Of a stretch of 40,878 bases of DNA, positions 36,036 through 40,878 are shown piece after piece. A model generated the notes under the pieces. That model was not told the origin of the DNA and did not search any database. It was given only the letters and a program-made list of their open reading frames with translations. Where the stretch lies: the NCBI GenBank assembly GCA_043381765.1, contig JBHJMP010000864.1, positions 1 to 40,878 on the forward strand. Reading direction: 5' to 3'. Made by a program: the position numbers and the translations under genes. The stretch comes from Collodictyon triciliatum (lineage: Eukaryota). The stretch's first letter is position 1, and each line of letters opens with the position of its first letter.

Positions 36036-36910
36036 CATAAAATTAGAAAGAAGGCAGGGTTAGCGACGTGATATAAGCATAAGAGGCCGCATAAACAATC
36101 ATCTGAAAAGCTAGTGCCGACTAGTCGCCGCTTGACCACCCCTCCCTCCTAGCGTCAAAACTTTGCAAACATCACAAGCGCTGCATGCATGTATTGGGCG
36201 TTCCACTGCACCAAGCGGAGCACCCACAAAACTATTCCACACCCAAACTGACACAGCATCAGCCACAGTCGCGCCACACACCCCGGAATTCGGGAATCAC
36301 GTCACTCCCAAACTAGAGACAGGCACTTTTACAGCCAACTTCACAGAAAATGGGCCGCATTCCCGGAACCCATGCAGTCCCGCTCAATTATGCGCCACTG
36401 GAAATATCAAATTTCCCGCAATCATGGGAATGCGCGCATGCTTGTGTGTTTGGGGTTTGAGGCTTGTGTGTGGCTTTGGTGATCGCCCTTTTCGATCTTT
36501 CAGTTTTTTTTTTTTGACTGGTTAGGTTGGACGAATTGGTCGCTCAATGAGACACCAAAGCACAAGAGGAACGCCATCGCAGTGATTAACCTCGAGTGCG
36601 AAACACTATTCTCGGGGAGCCACGAGGGCGACTCTTCACTCTGCCATTCTGCGAAAAGATGTGCTCCGCTCTGAAGAGACATTCGTCTCTCTCTTGTTTC
36701 AAGACACGAGATACGCTGAACGACTCTTGAAAAGTCATCTGCGACTCCCTCAAACCCCACGCTACGCTTTCATGCCTGATTTATGAGACACAGGCGACTA
36801 TTCTCTGCTCATTCAGCGCTTGCCAACGTGCTGGCTCACCAGAATCAAAGAAACGAAACACTCTTCTTTTTTGCTTTTTTTTTTTCGGCACGACAACGTG
36901 GGAAGAGAAG
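36036..36910. promoter_or_regulatory. Probable bidirectional promoter/5' leader region shared by squalene synthase and HMG-CoA reductase
   Basis: The only non-repeat DNA between the two divergent starts. It is GC/CpG-richer and contains SRE-like decamers and ATTGG (reverse CCAAT) boxes. Function is inferred from position. Confidence 0.55.
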
Positions 36911-39831
36911 ATGGAAGTTCAATCAGCAAACTCTCACACTTTAATCAAAGCCAGAATGATGCTCCCAACGCCGTACTTTGCCGCGGCCCTTCTGGCCTTT
37001 ATCATCTTTTGTGTCTTTATGCACATCTTCTTTGTGGTCTTTTTCGACAAGGACGAAGCCGGCAAAGACGCCGCCTCTCCAAAGCGCACATTGTGGCAGT
37101 CGTTCTGGCGTGTAAGTTCTTCTGCCTTGCCTTGCCTTGTCTACTGTCCAAACTACTGACTCGTTTTTCTTCCTCTTTATTTTCGGTGCAGGTGATCACG
37201 CTAGGCGTTGCCATGAGTCCACCTGCTGCCAACACGGCCGCAACAGCTTCTGCATCTTCCTCGGCCTCGGCCTCTGCTTCGGCAAGTGCAAAGGCCGATT
37301 CCACTGCCTCCCCGGCCGTGGCTGCGCACAAGCTGGGCGGACGCAGAGAGACCTTCTCGCCCTCCAGCACTACTCAGGTGGCCGAGACGCTGACTGTGTC
37401 TGCAGACCAACTGGCTGACATGAGCGATGTGGAGATCACTGCCCTGGCCACGACTGGCAGGGCCACACACCACTCGTTTGAAAAGACGCTTGGTGATCTC
37501 GCCCGTGCTGTGAAGCTGCGTCGCGCGGTTATCGGTTTGTCGAGTTTTATGCCACGCCCGTTTATCTCTCTCTCTCTCTCTTTTCTTTTATATTTTCTTC
37601 TCTATTCTTCTTTTCAAGCTTGAGCAGCTGCTTCAAAGAGTGTCTTATTTGCCGCCTTGTGCTTGTCTGGTGACATACGAAATATCACTGTAGAAAACGA
37701 GTGCGGCCGATCACTGGCAAACGTCCCCCACGAGCACTACGACTACAAGACGGTCTATGGAGCCTGTTGTGAGAATGTGATCGGGTATTTACTGGACAGA
37801 TACCGCTCTCCTCTTATTCCAACGCGTATTTGTATGTTTTCTGTTCCATTCCTGTCATGATCGGCCCCATTCCAGGTACATCCCGATCCCACTTGGTGTT
37901 GCCGGCCCACTCATGATCGACGGAAAGAAATATACACTGCCTTTGGCCACCACAGAGGGCGCGTTGGTTGCTAGCACAAACCGAGGCTGCAAGGCGATCA
38001 ATCTCGGAGGTATCATTTGACAGTTACATATCTAACATTCCTGGCGACGTGTCATTGCAAGTGCGAACAAAACTCAACGGCTTGAGCAGGTGGCGCATGG
38101 ACTCAAGTTTTGAAGGATGGCATGACCCGCGGTCCTGTTGTCAAGTTCCCAAGTGCCCGTAGAGCTGCAGCGCTTATTCATTGGATTCAAGAGGCTGAAA
38201 ACTACGTAATGTGAAATCATATCCCTTTCAGTTGTCCTTCGTCTGGTTCATAACCATTCGTTCCTAATATGTCGAACTGAATATAATAACAATTTATTTC
38301 CAAAAAAGAAGAAAATAGAAGCCAACATCTAATGTTCACGATTCTGCTGCCTTTGCTATTTTTTTAAACGTGTGTGGCCTTTCTAAATTGGAGCATGATA
38401 AATACAGAAAATCCTCTGTGATGCCTTTGCCTCTACGTCCTCTTACGCTCGTGTCCAATCTATCCAGCCTAACATCGCTGGAAAGCAAGTGTTCCTTCGT
38501 ATCAGGTACTTCTCAAATCTGATTAGAAGAGACACCCAAATCACAACTGGATTAACTGGGGACGTGAACACGAAACCACAAGAGCGTTATTTGTATCTGT
38601 TGATTGAGAAATCCAAGTGTATCATCTACCGGATGGATACATGAACAAGAGCCAACCTTTCCTTCTACTTCTAATTAAAAAAATATATATGTATATGCAT
38701 ATATATATACTAATCATGTTTATATAGAGCTACTACCGGTGACGCGATGGGCATGAATATGATTTCCAAAGGTGTCCAGAAAGCCATGGAGGTTCTGGAG
38801 GAGAAATTCCCCGACATGGAGCTTGTCAGGTTAGTAAACCTTGCAGTTTCCAGTACGACTTTGTTCTTTAGATTCTTCCGTGATACATTTACAATAATAT
38901 CCTACTCAAACATAACTATCGGGGTGAATACCATCATATATCCACAAATTCCAACTTATCTGGTGGATTAAAAAAAGACTTGAATATACAGTATCAGCGG
39001 AAATTTCTGCTGTGACAAGAAGCCGGCTGCTGTGAACTGGATCGAAGGTCGCGGAAAGAGTGTTGTGGCAGAGGCCATCATCCCCGGTGAGGTTGTGCGC
39101 AGCGTTCTCAAGACTGAAGTAGCGCGTATCGTCGAAGTCAACATCTCAAAGAATCTGATCGGCTCCGCAATGGCTGGCTCCATCGGTACCGACTCACCAT
39201 TCCCCTGCACTCGGAGCAAAAGCCTCCTCCTTCCTGAACTCATAAGAGCCATCTTTTTCTCATATCTATACATATTTTTAATTTTCTTTACATCACCGCA
39301 TCCACAGGCGGCTTCAACGCACACAGCGCCAACCTCGTCACGGCGATCTATCTCGCCTGCGGGCAAGACCCTGCGCAGAACGTAGAGAGCTCCAACTGCA
39401 TGACCCTGATGGAAAGGTGAACTGAATCCCTGTCCATCTAAGGCACACACAGAAAAACAATCACAGACAGCACTGCACTGGATGAATACGTTTTCATATA
39501 TGGCATTCTTGCGCTAACCCTGAGACACCCGGGAAACACGCACAGCATCAACGAGGGCCGCGACCTGCACATCTCATGCTCCATGCCATCCATCGAGGTG
39601 GGCACAGTCGGGGGCGGAACAGTTCTCCTGCCGCAGTCCAACTGCCTTGAGATGCTCGGTGTCAAAGGAGCCGCCTCAGTCCCTGGCGAAAACGCCCGCC
39701 AACTTGCCCGCATCGTCTGCTCCACCGTCATGGCCGGTGAGCTGTCCCTCATGGCCGCCCTCTCGGCAGGCCACCTTGTAAAGAGCCACATGGCACACAA
39801 CCGCAGCAGCAACAAGCTCACCACAAACTGA
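36911..39831 (+). CDS. HMGCR: Class I 3-hydroxy-3-methylglutaryl-CoA reductase, 10 exons, short N-terminal membrane anchor
   Basis: Exons approx. 36911-37111, 37192-37534, 37694-37784, 37877-38009, 38090-38206, 38408-38506, 38728-38829, 38992-39185, 39307-39417, 39546-39831. Motifs: [108 protein letters not shown]. Confidence 0.98.
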
Positions 39832-40220
39832 GGCCCCCTCAAACTCTGCACACACGCACACGCACGACTCCTTCTGCGCGCCTCCGCACTCCCTGGAAAG
39901 AGGCCGCTGCAACGAAGACAAACAAACTAAATAACATGTTTTATCACCCAATCTCCCCGGGTCTCTTCCCTCCGCAATCTGTCCTCACCATAATCCCACC
40001 AAGCATCTCTTATTTCCTTCTTGTCCCTCCCGTTTGTTGTCTCGCCGGCCGACAGGAGAGAATCGGGGGCTAACTTATCACAACCACCGCCCCTGCTTCT
40101 GTCCCACACCCCTCCAAACACGCGAGACGAGCCGCAAATAAAACATACAAATCCCCGCACGAACAATATCGCCCTGCTCTGTGGCTGCTGCGTGTTCATT
40201 GAGCCACACGGCATGTCGAC

Positions 40221-40661
40221 TCAGTTGAAGCCGGGTCTGCCCTGCGGCGGGCCGTACTGCGCCATGGCCGGGCCGTATCCGCCGGGGCCTGCGTGTGGTG
40301 GGAACCCTGCGCTGTAGCCGCCGCCTGAGTACGGAGGAGCAGGAGCGGCCAGAGCTGTGTGCGCAGACTATGTGTGAGAGGGCGAGTCGAATGGGGTTGG
40401 GGATTGGGGTATTGAAGCAACCTAAAGTCTTCAGAATCCGCACGTCTTCCTCGATTTTCCCGATGGTCGTGTTGAGTCTCAGCAGTGTTTGGTTCATCAC
40501 GTCGATTGTATGCTGTGTGGCGCGCGTTACTTGGTTTACATGTGTTCATTTGTTCATTGATTATTTTTGTTTGGGAGGTCAGTGAGAGGAGCAATCTGGT
40601 GTACTTACCGTTAACGTAGCTTCGAAGTTGGGTAGACTCTTAGCCGAGGTGCTTGGCTGTC
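40221..40661 (-). CDS. Last three exons of an unknown gene (short coiled coil plus Pro/Gly/Tyr-rich tail); 5' part lies outside the window
   Basis: Exons 40661-40609, 40512-40422 and 40354-40221 join in phase with GT-AG ends: GQPSTSAKSLPNFEATLT|HTIDVMNQTLLRLNTTIGKIEEDVRILKTL|ALAAPAPPYSGGGYSAGFPPHAGPGGYGPAMAQYGPPQGRPGFN*. Confidence 0.75.
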
Positions 40662-40782
40662 CTGTGTGTTGGAGGGAGCGAGGTTTTAGAATTAGAATTG
40701 GAGTGAGGCAAATGTTAAGACATAATACTAATGCAGAAAGGGGTGGCAAAATAGATCAAGATATGTGTAAAAATCTGCCATG

Positions 40783-40784
<2 letters not shown>

Positions 40785-40878
<94 letters not shown>
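40785..40878. repeat. (GT)n microsatellite reaching the window end
   Basis: Perfect dinucleotide array. Confidence 0.97.

Overview
Eukaryotic nuclear DNA: AT-rich, very intron-dense, standard genetic code (TGA, TAG and TAA all appear as stops), with many simple repeats and two N gaps. It probably comes from a flagellated protist; this is inferred from the axonemal-dynein-light-chain-domain genes. I spliced the exons by hand. Gene order: TRMO/TsaA tRNA methyltransferase (+); a ~45-exon AXDND1-like protein (-); a multi-TM class I cyclic-nucleotide phosphodiesterase (-); a second, diverged AXDND1-like paralog (+); an unknown ORF that may be the C-terminal continuation of that paralog (+); squalene synthase (-) head-to-head with class I HMG-CoA reductase (+); and the 3' end of an unknown gene (-). 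Two features stand out. The first is the divergent squalene synthase/HMG-CoA reductase pair, which shares about 1.9 kb containing SRE-like motifs and a ~940-bp purine tract. The second is a membrane PDE lying between two dynein-light-chain-domain paralogs that share three intron positions. Exon boundaries in poorly conserved regions are tentative, and no database searches were run.
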